64,000 nucleotides of DNA from sequence record NC_061451.1. The stretch is one strand, 5' to 3'. Made by a program: the position numbers and the translations under genes. Each line of letters begins with the position of its first letter. The stretch's first letter is position 1. The notes under the pieces are model-generated. The model had not been told where the DNA came from. It was given only the letters and a program-made list of their open reading frames with translations, and did no database searches. Shown here piece by piece: positions 35,621-44,962 of this stretch.

Positions 35621-38386
35621 TTACATATAATCCATAGTAATCATGTTCGTCATAGGGTCGTTCATGAATACTGGGATACCATCCAATGAATGTGCATTGC
35701 CTGGGCGACCTTGAGCAGGAACAGGACCTTGCTGAGGAGTAGCAGCACCTGTAACTTTAGCCGTATCTGTCGGAGCAGGAGGCGGCGCTACAGGCTCAGG
35801 TACTTCGGTACGAGCAACATCCCCTACAGACACTAGAGGCTGGTGATCGACTTCGGGCTGAGGTTGCTGTTTAGGCTCAATGCGTGATACTTGGTCCTGT
35901 ACTTCTTTAGGCTGTAGTCCACCAGCTTGCTCATCGTTGACACGCTTACGCGCAGCAGGCAGCTCTTTGCCTTGACCAGAAGCAACGAGGTCTTGCATCT
36001 TACGGTCGTAGTCTGCTTGAGACTGCTTAGGCGTGACAGCACCTTTACCAGTCAAGTCTGGGACGTTTTTGTTTGCATCCACTTGCGTGTTCGCATAGTC
36101 CTCAGGCTTACCAGTGCCTTTCTTCAACTCAGGGAACTTCTCTGCAATGCGGCGATCTTCATCGGACATATCTGTCAGCTTAGGCATCTTTACAGACTTA
36201 TTTAGGTCTGCCTCAGATACTTTGAGCAACACGTCCTTTTCGTTTTGAGCACGGTTCGCTACTGATTGTTGCGTCTGTGCTGAACTTGATTTGAAGTAAC
36301 GATCGGTTGTCGCGGCTTTGTAGTCCTGAATGGTCTTAATCATATCCGCATCGGACATGGAGTTAACGTCTTTGCCTTTGAGAGCATTGGCAATAACGCT
36401 AGTACCAGCACCATACTGAACTGCCGTACTGTACATTAGTTCCTTAACACCAGCACCACGCTTCGTCAAGTCCACACCAACATCGTTCTGCACTTTAGCA
36501 GCAAGCGGTGCGTAGTGAGTACGCGTAATGTAATCACCCTGTGCTTTATCGAACTCTTCTCCTTGAGTGTTAGCAACGTCCTTGTACACAGAGTTGAACT
36601 GTGCTGTGCCTGGAGCAAGGCCACCGAAACGAGCGAGGAATGGTTTGCCTTCAGGACTGTTCAGGAAGTTAGTCATACTGCCTGTGTTGGTAGCAAGCTG
36701 GTGCTTACCGTAGCTTACACCACCAGCATCACCTGCGCCCGTAGACACAGTACCAACACCACGACCGCCTGATTCGAATTGCTCTGACACTGAACCAAGA
36801 CCGCCCTCAGCAATAGCCTTGTTAGCGATATCGGTTACTTGCTTGCTGTCCATACGACGAGAAGGCTGTGCACGGAACGGGCCTTGATACTGACCAGCAC
36901 CAGAGCCAGGCATACCACCAGCAAGAGCGCCTAAGTTAAACGGTACAACAACAGGTGCAGGAGTCTTAGACTTGTCCAAGTTCTCAAGCGTTGTGTCGTT
37001 GTATTCATCCATCTTCTCTTGGCGATCTTTCTCACCATCAGCAATCATCTTGTCAGAGGTGTCGGTAATCTTGTCAGACACGTACTCACCAACAGAGCTA
37101 CCGAAGTAGTCACCTAGGATGCCGCCAATAGTAGCACCAAGAGCAGCGCCAGCAGCAGTCCCCGCTACAGGTACGACAGACCCCAATATGCCACCAATCC
37201 AACCGCCAGCCACTGCGCCGATAGAGCCACCAGCAGTGCCACCAATGGCCGAGCCAGCAGCCTTCTTTTTAGCTCCAGCTTTCTCAGCATCTGTCATGTC
37301 CTGATCAGCATCGATGTGTTGAACATCGTTTGCGTATGAAAGGCCATTACCTAACGCTGGACCGATTACAGGGATGCGCTTAGAAGCACCCATAAGCAGT
37401 GCGCTGGTTCCCGCAACTGCAACGTCCTGAACAGCTGAAGGTGCAGTTGGTGTCTTAGCAGCGATAGTCTGTGCAGCACTATCGTCAGCTTGTGTTGTGT
37501 CTTGTTGTGCAACGGATGGATTAACCGCAGCAGGAACAATGTCAGGCTTACCTGCACCTTCGTTGCTTGCGTTGTCATCAACAGAATCCGTGTCAGTCTT
37601 ATCCTTGAGCCAGTTACCTACACCCAGACCAGCAGCGGCAGTAAGAGCAACAGCAGCAAACGATCCCCACTTACCGAGCTTACCCAGACGAGGGAAGCGT
37701 TCACGTAGAGGTCTACGACGATTAGGCAAGTCACGACCTGGACCACGACGTTCACCACGATTGCGTCCATAGCGTCTACCACGTCTGCGACCTCTTCTGC
37801 GATCTGGCCCATCAAGGTCTATGCCTGGGCCGTCATCCGCTGGTGGTGGTCCATCGTCATTAGCAGACTTACCGCCTTCACCATTCTGTTGACCATACGG
37901 GTCAGACTTGGCTTTGTTCTTAGCGCGGAATGCTTCTGACTTCTCCCACGCTAACCATTCTTCCAGTGCTTTCTGCGTCTTCTGATTGACCAACGTACCG
38001 TCACGAATAGCATCAACGATTTCATCACTGGAGCGCTCGCCTGAGATGAACAGGTCTTCAAGCGCAGACTCAACCTGTTTAGGATTCGGCACGGTAGCAC
38101 GCGGCGATGGGTCCTGACTCAGGTTGATATTGATTGCACGTTCTTTCTCACGGGCAGCTTTACGCTCACGCACAGCACGGTTCTTAGCACGCGAACCTGG
38201 GCCAACATAATACTCGTCTTCATCATCCACGAGATCATCGTCGTGCATGTTAAACGAGAAGTCAGGACCTTTCTTTCGCGCTTTGCGTCCTTTAGGCATA
38301 CCCGCTACAAAGGAGCCTAAGCCATCAGCGTGCTCGATCATTAGTTCGAGTGCAGATAGCTCTTTCTCTTGAGGCTTAGCCATCAT
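35621..38386 (-). CDS. Tape-measure-like protein with a peptidoglycan hydrolase domain
   Basis: 921 aa; Gly/Ala-zipper hydrophobic helices; SEQFESGG...DAGGVSYGKHQL...MYSTAVQYG resembles VgrG3-type muramidase domains. Confidence 0.7.
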   Translation of the reverse strand: MMAKPQEKELSALELMIEHADGLGSFVAGMPKGRKARKKGPDFSFNMHDDDLVDDEDEYYVGPGSRAKNRAVRERKAAREKERAININLSQDPSPRATVPNPKQVESALEDLFISGERSSDEIVDAIRDGTLVNQKTQKALEEWLAWEKSEAFRAKNKAKSDPYGQQNGEGGKSANDDGPPPADDGPGIDLDGPDRRRGRRRGRRYGRNRGERRGPGRDLPNRRRPLRERFPRLGKLGKWGSFAAVALTAAAGLGVGNWLKDKTDTDSVDDNASNEGAGKPDIVPAAVNPSVAQQDTTQADDSAAQTIAAKTPTAPSAVQDVAVAGTSALLMGASKRIPVIGPALGNGLSYANDVQHIDADQDMTDAEKAGAKKKAAGSAIGGTAGGSIGAVAGGWIGGILGSVVPVAGTAAGAALGATIGGILGDYFGSSVGEYVSDKITDTSDKMIADGEKDRQEKMDEYNDTTLENLDKSKTPAPVVVPFNLGALAGGMPGSGAGQYQGPFRAQPSRRMDSKQVTDIANKAIAEGGLGSVSEQFESGGRGVGTVSTGAGDAGGVSYGKHQLATNTGSMTNFLNSPEGKPFLARFGGLAPGTAQFNSVYKDVANTQGEEFDKAQGDYITRTHYAPLAAKVQNDVGVDLTKRGAGVKELMYSTAVQYGAGTSVIANALKGKDVNSMSDADMIKTIQDYKAATTDRYFKSSSAQTQQSVANRAQNEKDVLLKVSEADLNKSVKMPKLTDMSDEDRRIAEKFPELKKGTGKPEDYANTQVDANKNVPDLTGKGAVTPKQSQADYDRKMQDLVASGQGKELPAARKRVNDEQAGGLQPKEVQDQVSRIEPKQQPQPEVDHQPLVSVGDVARTEVPEPVAPPPAPTDTAKVTGAATPQQGPVPAQGRPGNAHSLDGIPVFMNDPMTNMITMDYM

Positions 38387-39222
38387 TTACTCCTATTGCG
38401 CTTCGATTTCTCCAGCGCTCGGGCTTCTTCTGCTTTGTTCTTATCGTGAACGTAAGCACTATGCCAGTAGAGCAGTTTGTTTATATTGATGTTGTCTGGC
38501 ACGTAAATGTTCTTGGCCGAGGCAAGGTCCAACGTCATGTTGTTCATTGACGTATCGGAGTACACACGCAAGTAACCCAAGATATTGATAGGGCTTTTGT
38601 GCTTGTACGTGCGGAAGCAGCGGTTACACTTGTGGGTTGTTTCCAACTCGCAGCTAATGTACTCGTAGCTTCCTGCATTAAGCAGCTCGGCAGGGTCCGT
38701 GTACAGGATGGTATCTTCCAGTGACAAGTCGCTGTCCACGTAAAGCGCATTCATTACCTGTGTGCGTTCATACGTCTCTGCCAACAACTCGGCTTCAATC
38801 CAACGCTGCACTGTAGGGTGACGAACACCAGCAGGTACATCATACCACTTGTGCTCGATGATGCGTTGCTTACTCACTTCCTCTGTGTTAAGCATATCAC
38901 AAGGCACTTCAACAAACTTGCGACCACGCGGTCTGTCGTAATGACGTTCACCACGCATATCAACAAAGAACGACTGCACACAGCGCCACTCATACAGACG
39001 GTGAGACTGAGGCCAACTGTTTCTGTCGAACATCGCAAGCATATATCTAAAGTCTTCCAGATACATATCGCGGACACGCACGTTGGTAAAACGTTGCAGC
39101 GTATCAACAAAGAGGTCAGGCAGTTTATACTTCTGCGCGTTGTACAGGCTAGACATAGCATCAGCCGTCACCTGTTGAATACGCACATCGGTCCTGCCTG
39201 AGGGCAGATATATCTCTAACAT
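38383..39222 (-). CDS. Baseplate hub/tail assembly chaperone (T4 gp26-like), paralogue 2
   Basis: Probable start MLEIYLPSG at 39222 (TAATG coupling; track start 39288 is likely too early); C...C and HKCNRC motifs. Confidence 0.6.
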   Translation of the reverse strand: MLEIYLPSGRTDVRIQQVTADAMSSLYNAQKYKLPDLFVDTLQRFTNVRVRDMYLEDFRYMLAMFDRNSWPQSHRLYEWRCVQSFFVDMRGERHYDRPRGRKFVEVPCDMLNTEEVSKQRIIEHKWYDVPAGVRHPTVQRWIEAELLAETYERTQVMNALYVDSDLSLEDTILYTDPAELLNAGSYEYISCELETTHKCNRCFRTYKHKSPINILGYLRVYSDTSMNNMTLDLASAKNIYVPDNININKLLYWHSAYVHDKNKAEEARALEKSKRNRSK

Positions 39223-39905
39223 TAGCTGATAAAGATCTGAGGTGTCATTTCCCAGCGACGAGTCGAGTGACGGCCGCAGGAAGGACACAGGAGTTCAATA
39301 TCATTGAGCACACCATGACGAGAAGCAAGCACCCACTCGGATAATTCAGTCCACAGCTTGAGGTCTTGCTGATCTTCTAAGCGTGCCATGTTGCGATCAA
39401 AGTTAGGACCAAGATGCGCTACGTGCCAGTTGAAAATATCTTCTGACGCACGTTCGTAATCACGCATACGAGGCAGGTCGAAATGTTCATGCTCAGCAGT
39501 TAGCACCGCGATTGTCATAGACGAATCATCGATGATACCAACGTTACGGCTGGCGCACGGGAAGGTGTTGATAACGCCTGCATCCGTACGTAATTCGTTG
39601 ACGATACCATCAGAATATTCAAACAGAGGTTTCTTACACTGCCAGTATGTGCGCAGCGGCACAACAGGCGACATGAACATGCGTTGCTGGAATACAAGTG
39701 CATGCGCATCAGGTATTGTCAGCTCATCCAGACTAACGTTCAGGCAAGGAGCCAGAGCATCAAGCAAGATGTAGCGCATATCTTTTGTTTCAACTGCTTT
39801 GGCGATAGCACGGTTCTGTCTGCCGCTAAAGTGTGTCATCTCAAACGACTCAGGCAGGTTAGCCTTGTAGCCGTGTGACGGTAAGCTCGCTGTTTGAATT
39901 TCCAT
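39222..39905 (-). CDS. Baseplate hub/tail assembly chaperone (T4 gp26-like), paralogue 1
   Basis: Probable start MEIQTASLPSHG at 39905; ELTIPDAHALVFQQR, C...C, LLCPSCG. Confidence 0.6.
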   Translation of the reverse strand: MEIQTASLPSHGYKANLPESFEMTHFSGRQNRAIAKAVETKDMRYILLDALAPCLNVSLDELTIPDAHALVFQQRMFMSPVVPLRTYWQCKKPLFEYSDGIVNELRTDAGVINTFPCASRNVGIIDDSSMTIAVLTAEHEHFDLPRMRDYERASEDIFNWHVAHLGPNFDRNMARLEDQQDLKLWTELSEWVLASRHGVLNDIELLCPSCGRHSTRRWEMTPQIFIS

Positions 39906-39912
39906 AATGATC

Positions 39913-40428
39913 TCAACTAAATTCAGGGATTTGGGCATCAAGTTGCATTTGCACTGACCATACACCACGGCCGCCTGTGCCGTTAAGTTGTATGCCTTGC
40001 CCACCCACTGGCCAACAGTTACGAAGCTGCATAGCGGCAACCATTTTTCCTTGGTTGTCGTACAGTTCAATGAACATATTCTTTTTATAAGCTGACGGTA
40101 AACGCATACCGCCTGTGTACGGATTCTGAATCAGGTTCTGCCACGCTGTGAAATATTTCATTACAGCAAGACGTTGGTCGACACCGAACATCAGATTGAA
40201 TCCGTCAATGCTGGAACCATGTGGCCAGTTAATTGCTACAGAGGCCACTTCTTTTGATTTAGACTGAAAGACAGAGAACGGCAAATCGACTTCTTCACAC
40301 GCAAAAGGACTGAGTGACACACCGCCCATTGTAGGAAACTCACGGATGCGCCACTTGTCCAGCATGAAGGGATCGTCTAAGCCAGGTGCAGATGTGTCTT
40401 GCAGGTCAGCAAGCGTCGGCAGCGGCAT
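39913..40428 (-). CDS. Tail tube-like protein (gp19-family paralogue)
   Basis: VMKYFTAWQNLIQNPYTG...YKKNMFIELYDNQG...LRNCWP pattern. Confidence 0.75.
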   Translation of the reverse strand: MPLPTLADLQDTSAPGLDDPFMLDKWRIREFPTMGGVSLSPFACEEVDLPFSVFQSKSKEVASVAINWPHGSSIDGFNLMFGVDQRLAVMKYFTAWQNLIQNPYTGGMRLPSAYKKNMFIELYDNQGKMVAAMQLRNCWPVGGQGIQLNGTGGRGVWSVQMQLDAQIPEFS

Positions 40429-40430
40429 GA

Positions 40431-41108
40431 TCAGTCCTCTACAATAATAAGCACAGGTCTAACAGCATCATCGAACTTGATGAACGCAGCGCCAACAAGA
40501 TAGCCACCCTTCTCTACTTGTTTCACGACAGCCTTTTCAAGATCTGTTTCCCACTTATCGCGCTGTGCGGGTTTGTAAGAAGCAAACGTCTCAGAAGCAT
40601 CGTAGTAGTTATAGGTACCACCAGTAGGCATTGGGATACGTGCAAGGAACTCTAAGCGACTACAGTTCTTGAACGGGGTCTTGCGTAGCTCTTGCGTCAG
40701 CTTGGTGTTCTCTGATTTAGAGCCAGGCACAGCGGTGAATACTTTCTTAGGCTGAGGCTCACGAGGAGCAGCAGGCATCTTCTCACGCGCTGGCGTATTC
40801 TTGTCGCTGGCTTTCTTAACACGAATACCAGAAACAGTCCCTGTGAATGGGCGACTGCGACCAAGCAACGAACGTGCGGCCGTAGCGTCAACAACAAACA
40901 CAACAGACGGGTCATCACGGTGCAGCACATAGAACTTGTTACGTGCAGCGGCCTTGATACCGAATACGTCTTTGTCCTCAATATCCGCTTCGTGTTCTTT
41001 GTTCTCGATACTGACCTTGCGCTTACCTTCAAAGCGATACCAGTCGCAGTCATTGATAGACACGATAGGTGTTTTGCGTGAAGCACTCTCGCTCAGAAAA
41101 ATAAGCAT
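40431..41108 (-). CDS. Hypothetical protein, putative internal head protein
   Basis: Starts MLIFLSESAS, followed by the shared ~65-aa domain. Confidence 0.6.
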   Translation of the reverse strand: MLIFLSESASRKTPIVSINDCDWYRFEGKRKVSIENKEHEADIEDKDVFGIKAAARNKFYVLHRDDPSVVFVVDATAARSLLGRSRPFTGTVSGIRVKKASDKNTPAREKMPAAPREPQPKKVFTAVPGSKSENTKLTQELRKTPFKNCSRLEFLARIPMPTGGTYNYYDASETFASYKPAQRDKWETDLEKAVVKQVEKGGYLVGAAFIKFDDAVRPVLIIVED

Positions 41109-41128
41109 GGTATCTCCAGGAAACGAGA

Positions 41129-41151
41129 AAGGGCCAAAACATCTGGCCCTT
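41129..41151 (-). terminator. Hairpin/terminator after the tail tube gene
   Basis: AAGGGCCA-GATGTTT-TGGCCCTT-TCTCGTTT on the minus strand. Confidence 0.55.
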
Positions 41152-41156
41152 AGTTA

Positions 41157-41669
41157 TTACGATGCGAGTTCAACGTAGTCGAAGGACCATTCGATTGAGA
41201 TCGGTACAGCCTGTGCAGCGCCAGAGAAGCTCAGGTCAGGAACCTGCTTCGGCCACACACCGAACACGTTGTATTCTGCAACCACAGAACCATCCATATC
41301 AAAGATACGGAAGATAGCTTTGGTTGAGTAGTCCGCTTTCTTCGCACCCAACTGAGTCTGCGTAGCACGAACGAGTTCATGCCATGCTTCCAGTTGTTTG
41401 TACACAGCCATCTCTGAGTTTTCATTGTACTCAGTGGAGATTGTGTGCGAGAAGGTTTTACGACCCGCGTAGTTAAGCTGGTGGCCGAACGCTTCTTTCA
41501 ATACTTCTTCCAGCGTTGAACCAGGCTTAACGCCAGTCTTACAGAAGATACGCAGAGTACGCGCATAGTCTGTACCACCAACTGGCGGGTTCGGAATCAG
41601 GAACTCGAAGTTGTCATCGAGTAACGGATCGAGCGTAGACGAAAATTCGTCAAGAGTTACCTTTGGCAT
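41157..41669 (-). CDS. Major tail tube protein (T4 gp19-like)
   Basis: YAGRKTFSHTISTEYNE...LEAWHE...IFRIFDMDG...YNVFGVWPKQV; directly downstream of the sheath gene. Confidence 0.85.
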   Translation of the reverse strand: MPKVTLDEFSSTLDPLLDDNFEFLIPNPPVGGTDYARTLRIFCKTGVKPGSTLEEVLKEAFGHQLNYAGRKTFSHTISTEYNENSEMAVYKQLEAWHELVRATQTQLGAKKADYSTKAIFRIFDMDGSVVAEYNVFGVWPKQVPDLSFSGAAQAVPISIEWSFDYVELAS

Positions 41670-41679
41670 CTAAAGCTCC

Positions 41680-43365
41680 TTAGATTGCGCCAGACTGGAT
41701 GAGTTGCAGCGCGTACTGGATATCGCCAACAGGTGGCACGATAGCAGTTACGTGAATGCGTTTAGTGTAGCGAGTCGGGTCAAGGAAAATATCGATGATC
41801 AGATCGCCACGCGCTTCGTCTTCTGCGGTGTTGTTGGTATAGTCACAAGTAACTGCATACCAACGTAAACCACGACCGGTCTTAATCGGTTCGAGGATTG
41901 CTTCCATCGCAGACTTCTGGCGCTGCTTCAGGATGTCATCGTTCGGCTCAAACACGGCGCTAAGGTTGTTAGCACGCGCAGATGCATGAAGCATCGCAAG
42001 CAGACGACGTACACCGATATCCTGAAGAGGAGACTTCGTGGTGTAAGTGGTATCAGCACCCCACATGAAGATGCCTTCACCTTCGAAGATAGCAATCGGG
42101 TTGATTTGGTTCTCAACCAGAATATCGCGATCACCGAGTTTGAAGCGATAGCGCACGTCAGTAGCGAAGTCCAGTTTACCACGTTGCAGACCGCCAGGAG
42201 CAAGCCATGAAGCAACTTGGTCAGCAGTCAACATGCAGTAAGCAGAACACACAGACGCAGGCACATAGAAGTCGCGTGCGTTGTCGTTGTCGCGTGCTTT
42301 AACATCGGAGTTAGCCAGAGAAGACCAAGAACCCGTGATAGAGAACTCAGCGTTCTGGTACTCTTTGTTACCACGACGATAGGCAACAGCGTTGTCACGA
42401 CCCTGCAGCAGCACAGGGATACCGTGCGTTGCAATACAGTCCATGCGAGACTCGGCCAGGGTGTCAATCTTGTTGGCAATCACGGGATGCTCAAGACCAC
42501 CAGAGCACAGGATGCCAGCTTGAATGTCTTCCCAATCGCGGTAGTTATCCCACGCACTGACAACAGCGCTCAGACTCTGGTTAGCTATAGTTGCATCGGA
42601 GTGATCGACGTCAATAACAGCACCATCAGAACCGCCAGTAAACTGACCGTTAACTGCATCAGGGTCCGTAGGATCAGCTGGCCCACCACCGATAGCATTG
42701 ATGACCACATAGTTTGGGTCCTCCAGCAATTTGTAGTGATCGGTATTCAGCTTGACACGGATATACTTGGACGCTGTGTTGATAACGTCTTCAATATAGA
42801 ACTGATTGCCAGCTTCGTCTTTGTAGTAACGAGTAGTCACCACGTGGGTTTCGAGTGCTGTCAGGTAACCTGTCTGATACACTTTGATGATGGACTTAAT
42901 GCCCAGTGCATCAGTCACGTCAGGCTCAAACGTGATGTACAGGTTGTTCGCCGCTGCATACTGAGACAAGGAATAAATCAGGCAAATGTCGCGGGTAGAG
43001 AAAGCGACTTGCTCTGGGTCATCTAATCCAGCATCACCCAGAGGGCGGCAGGTGGCGAAGTTGTTATAAGTTGTGAGGAACACACCTGCGTACTTGACAG
43101 AGAGAGCGACACGCGTAATGTTCAGCTTGGTCGCCTTCGTCATCAGAATCTTAGCGATCTGAACGTTGTTGGCATACTGACCGGTCGCTGGACCAAACAG
43201 GGCATCAATCTCGTCTTTGCTTGTCACAGTTGTGTTAACGCCAACAGGACCTCGTGGGAACGGCAGCACAAGAGTACACATGCCAAAAGTGACAAGTGAC
43301 GCTTGGTTACTGCGGTCGTTCTCCATCGAGTAAACCCCAGGAGAGGGGTGATTCGGAATTAACAT
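41680..43365 (-). CDS. Contractile tail sheath protein (T4 gp18-like)
   Basis: SPGVYSME N-terminus, FPRGPVG, WLAPGG..RG, NQINPI, MWGADT, VRRLL. Confidence 0.92.
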   Translation of the reverse strand: MLIPNHPSPGVYSMENDRSNQASLVTFGMCTLVLPFPRGPVGVNTTVTSKDEIDALFGPATGQYANNVQIAKILMTKATKLNITRVALSVKYAGVFLTTYNNFATCRPLGDAGLDDPEQVAFSTRDICLIYSLSQYAAANNLYITFEPDVTDALGIKSIIKVYQTGYLTALETHVVTTRYYKDEAGNQFYIEDVINTASKYIRVKLNTDHYKLLEDPNYVVINAIGGGPADPTDPDAVNGQFTGGSDGAVIDVDHSDATIANQSLSAVVSAWDNYRDWEDIQAGILCSGGLEHPVIANKIDTLAESRMDCIATHGIPVLLQGRDNAVAYRRGNKEYQNAEFSITGSWSSLANSDVKARDNDNARDFYVPASVCSAYCMLTADQVASWLAPGGLQRGKLDFATDVRYRFKLGDRDILVENQINPIAIFEGEGIFMWGADTTYTTKSPLQDIGVRRLLAMLHASARANNLSAVFEPNDDILKQRQKSAMEAILEPIKTGRGLRWYAVTCDYTNNTAEDEARGDLIIDIFLDPTRYTKRIHVTAIVPPVGDIQYALQLIQSGAI

Positions 43366-43407
43366 CGTGAATCTCCATAAGAGAGGGTATCGTGCAACGA
43401 CTGGTGT

Positions 43408-43415
43408 AAATTAGC
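43408..43415 (-). promoter_or_regulatory. Candidate late promoter GCTAATTT
   Basis: Exact motif 42 nt upstream of the sheath start. Confidence 0.6.
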
Positions 43416-43421
43416 GTGTTG

Positions 43422-43766
43422 TCAGTAGCAAATCACATTAACACGCTGATCAACGTCACTTACCAGAACACTTTTATCCATAGAGCCAGTAAGAGTAAAC
43501 TGACCTTCGATAATCATCTGGCCACCAGCGAATTGCAGAATAATAGGCTCGGCAGTATCGATATACAACAGGCCTACGATAGCAGGCAGTTGATAACCAG
43601 TAGGCCCTACGATAACAGACTGCATCTGATACAGGCCATCAAGAGGTACGCCCACGGCATGAGACTGACGCTTGAGCACTTCGTTCTGATTAGAAGTAAC
43701 TGAACGCACACGGCTGTCAACGACTAGCGTACGGTCGAGCTTACGATACTTTTGGCGCGTATACAT
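43422..43766 (-). CDS. Hypothetical virion protein
   Basis: 114 aa, TAATG coupling to the upstream gene. Confidence 0.55.
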   Translation of the reverse strand: MYTRQKYRKLDRTLVVDSRVRSVTSNQNEVLKRQSHAVGVPLDGLYQMQSVIVGPTGYQLPAIVGLLYIDTAEPIILQFAGGQMIIEGQFTLTGSMDKSVLVSDVDQRVNVICY

Positions 43767-44437
43767 TACTCTTCCTCTTCGTCGTCAGGCAATCCCAAGT
43801 CCATATCGATCTCAACGTTCTCGGAGACTTCACCGTAGTTGTTGATTTTCGCTTGTTCGAGGTTAAAGCCAATCTTTGTTTTAATCGAGAACGGGATCTC
43901 AAGTTCAAAGCTGCCCGGCGTCGAGCCTTCATCGAGGTTATCGATGGTGGGCATTGGGATGCTGTCACCGTCAAGCAACACACGCACAGTCCAAGTGGAC
44001 GTAGGCATCTCAATCTTAAAGCTGAGCAGTTCGGTGATGTATGCGATCAACAGTTGCTGCGTGAACAACAGCGCTTGGTCGATATCCATGAACTTGACAT
44101 AGAAGCTACCACTAAGAGTAACAGGGAAGTAGTAGTTAGTGACGACGATAGCATTGGTATCGTCTTGACCCATTGCCCAGCCAGAACCAAAGCGAGCAAC
44201 AGTCTTAGGGTTGGCCATCAGTTCACGGTCGAATGTGATGTTGGACAACTTGAACCAACCGTAAGGATATTCTGTGCTCTGATTGTTATTGGCACGAATA
44301 CCTTGCTTAGGGTTGTTGTGTACAGACCACACAAAGCGCTTTAGACCAAAGCCTCGGCATAGTTGTCGTTGTACTCCGAAAATCGAGGTGCGCAATGAAG
44401 TAGAGTTCTTCATCAGACCTGTAATGTTTACCGTCAT
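43766..44437 (-). CDS. Putative tail terminator / neck protein
   Basis: Position between head and sheath genes; beta-rich 223 aa; function inferred from synteny. Confidence 0.5.
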   Translation of the reverse strand: MTVNITGLMKNSTSLRTSIFGVQRQLCRGFGLKRFVWSVHNNPKQGIRANNNQSTEYPYGWFKLSNITFDRELMANPKTVARFGSGWAMGQDDTNAIVVTNYYFPVTLSGSFYVKFMDIDQALLFTQQLLIAYITELLSFKIEMPTSTWTVRVLLDGDSIPMPTIDNLDEGSTPGSFELEIPFSIKTKIGFNLEQAKINNYGEVSENVEIDMDLGLPDDEEEE

Positions 44438-44456
44438 TTGTGGTACCCCAGATACG

Positions 44457-44483
44457 AAAAAGGGCAGCCGAAGCCACCCTTTT
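44457..44483 (-). terminator. Intrinsic terminator ending the head unit
   Basis: AAAAGGGTGGC-TTCG-GCTGCCCTTTTT. Confidence 0.85.
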
Positions 44484-44502
44484 GGTTACCCGTAATCGGG
44501 TG

Positions 44503-44907
44503 CTAGTCGAGACGCAAGCGAATCAGCGAGCTAGACTCAGAATCAACAACGGTAACGTCATCTTCATCGTCCAGGTCTTCTTCGTCTTCAACATCATCCG
44601 CAGAATCATCTTCGGAGGTATTGAGACTAACTACTTCATCGTCATACAACGACTCGGCTCTTTCTTCCTCGGCAGTAAGCGCTAAGGCCGCAGACAGAGC
44701 AGTAACCGAATCAGCCATGCTTGATGCGCTACTCACGGAGTTAACGAGGCAATTAGCTTCGAAGTTATCAGTGAGTTCGCATTCAAGGAACTGATCAGCA
44801 TCTGGCGCAACAGCAGCTTGAGTTAACAAGCGAGCTACGTCCAACCACTGCCCGTCACGCGCGGCGACAATTGCCAGTGCAGCTAAGGAACCAGATAAGG
44901 TCTTCAT
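44503..44907 (-). CDS. Small acidic head-associated (scaffold-like) protein
   Basis: 134 aa after the capsid gene; acidic tract ending VDSESSS. Confidence 0.6.
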   Translation of the reverse strand: MKTLSGSLAALAIVAARDGQWLDVARLLTQAAVAPDADQFLECELTDNFEANCLVNSVSSASSMADSVTALSAALALTAEEERAESLYDDEVVSLNTSEDDSADDVEDEEDLDDEDDVTVVDSESSSLIRLRLD

Positions 44908-44924
44908 GTTTGGTCCTCAGTGAA

Positions 44925-44946
44925 GAGGGCAGCTTATGCCACCCTC
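44925..44946 (-). terminator. Hairpin immediately after the major capsid gene (weak terminator or stabiliser)
   Basis: GAGGGTGGC-ATAA-GCTGCCCTC with only a short TTC tail. Confidence 0.55.
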
Positions 44947-44962
44947 AGATTGCACAACAATG

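Noticed and set aside
38383-39905. Possible programmed frameshift between the two chaperone ORFs upstream of the tape measure (lambda G/GT-like)
   Set aside because: Each ORF has its own paralogous N-terminus and they are joined by an ordinary TAATG overlap; I saw no slippery heptamer at the junction
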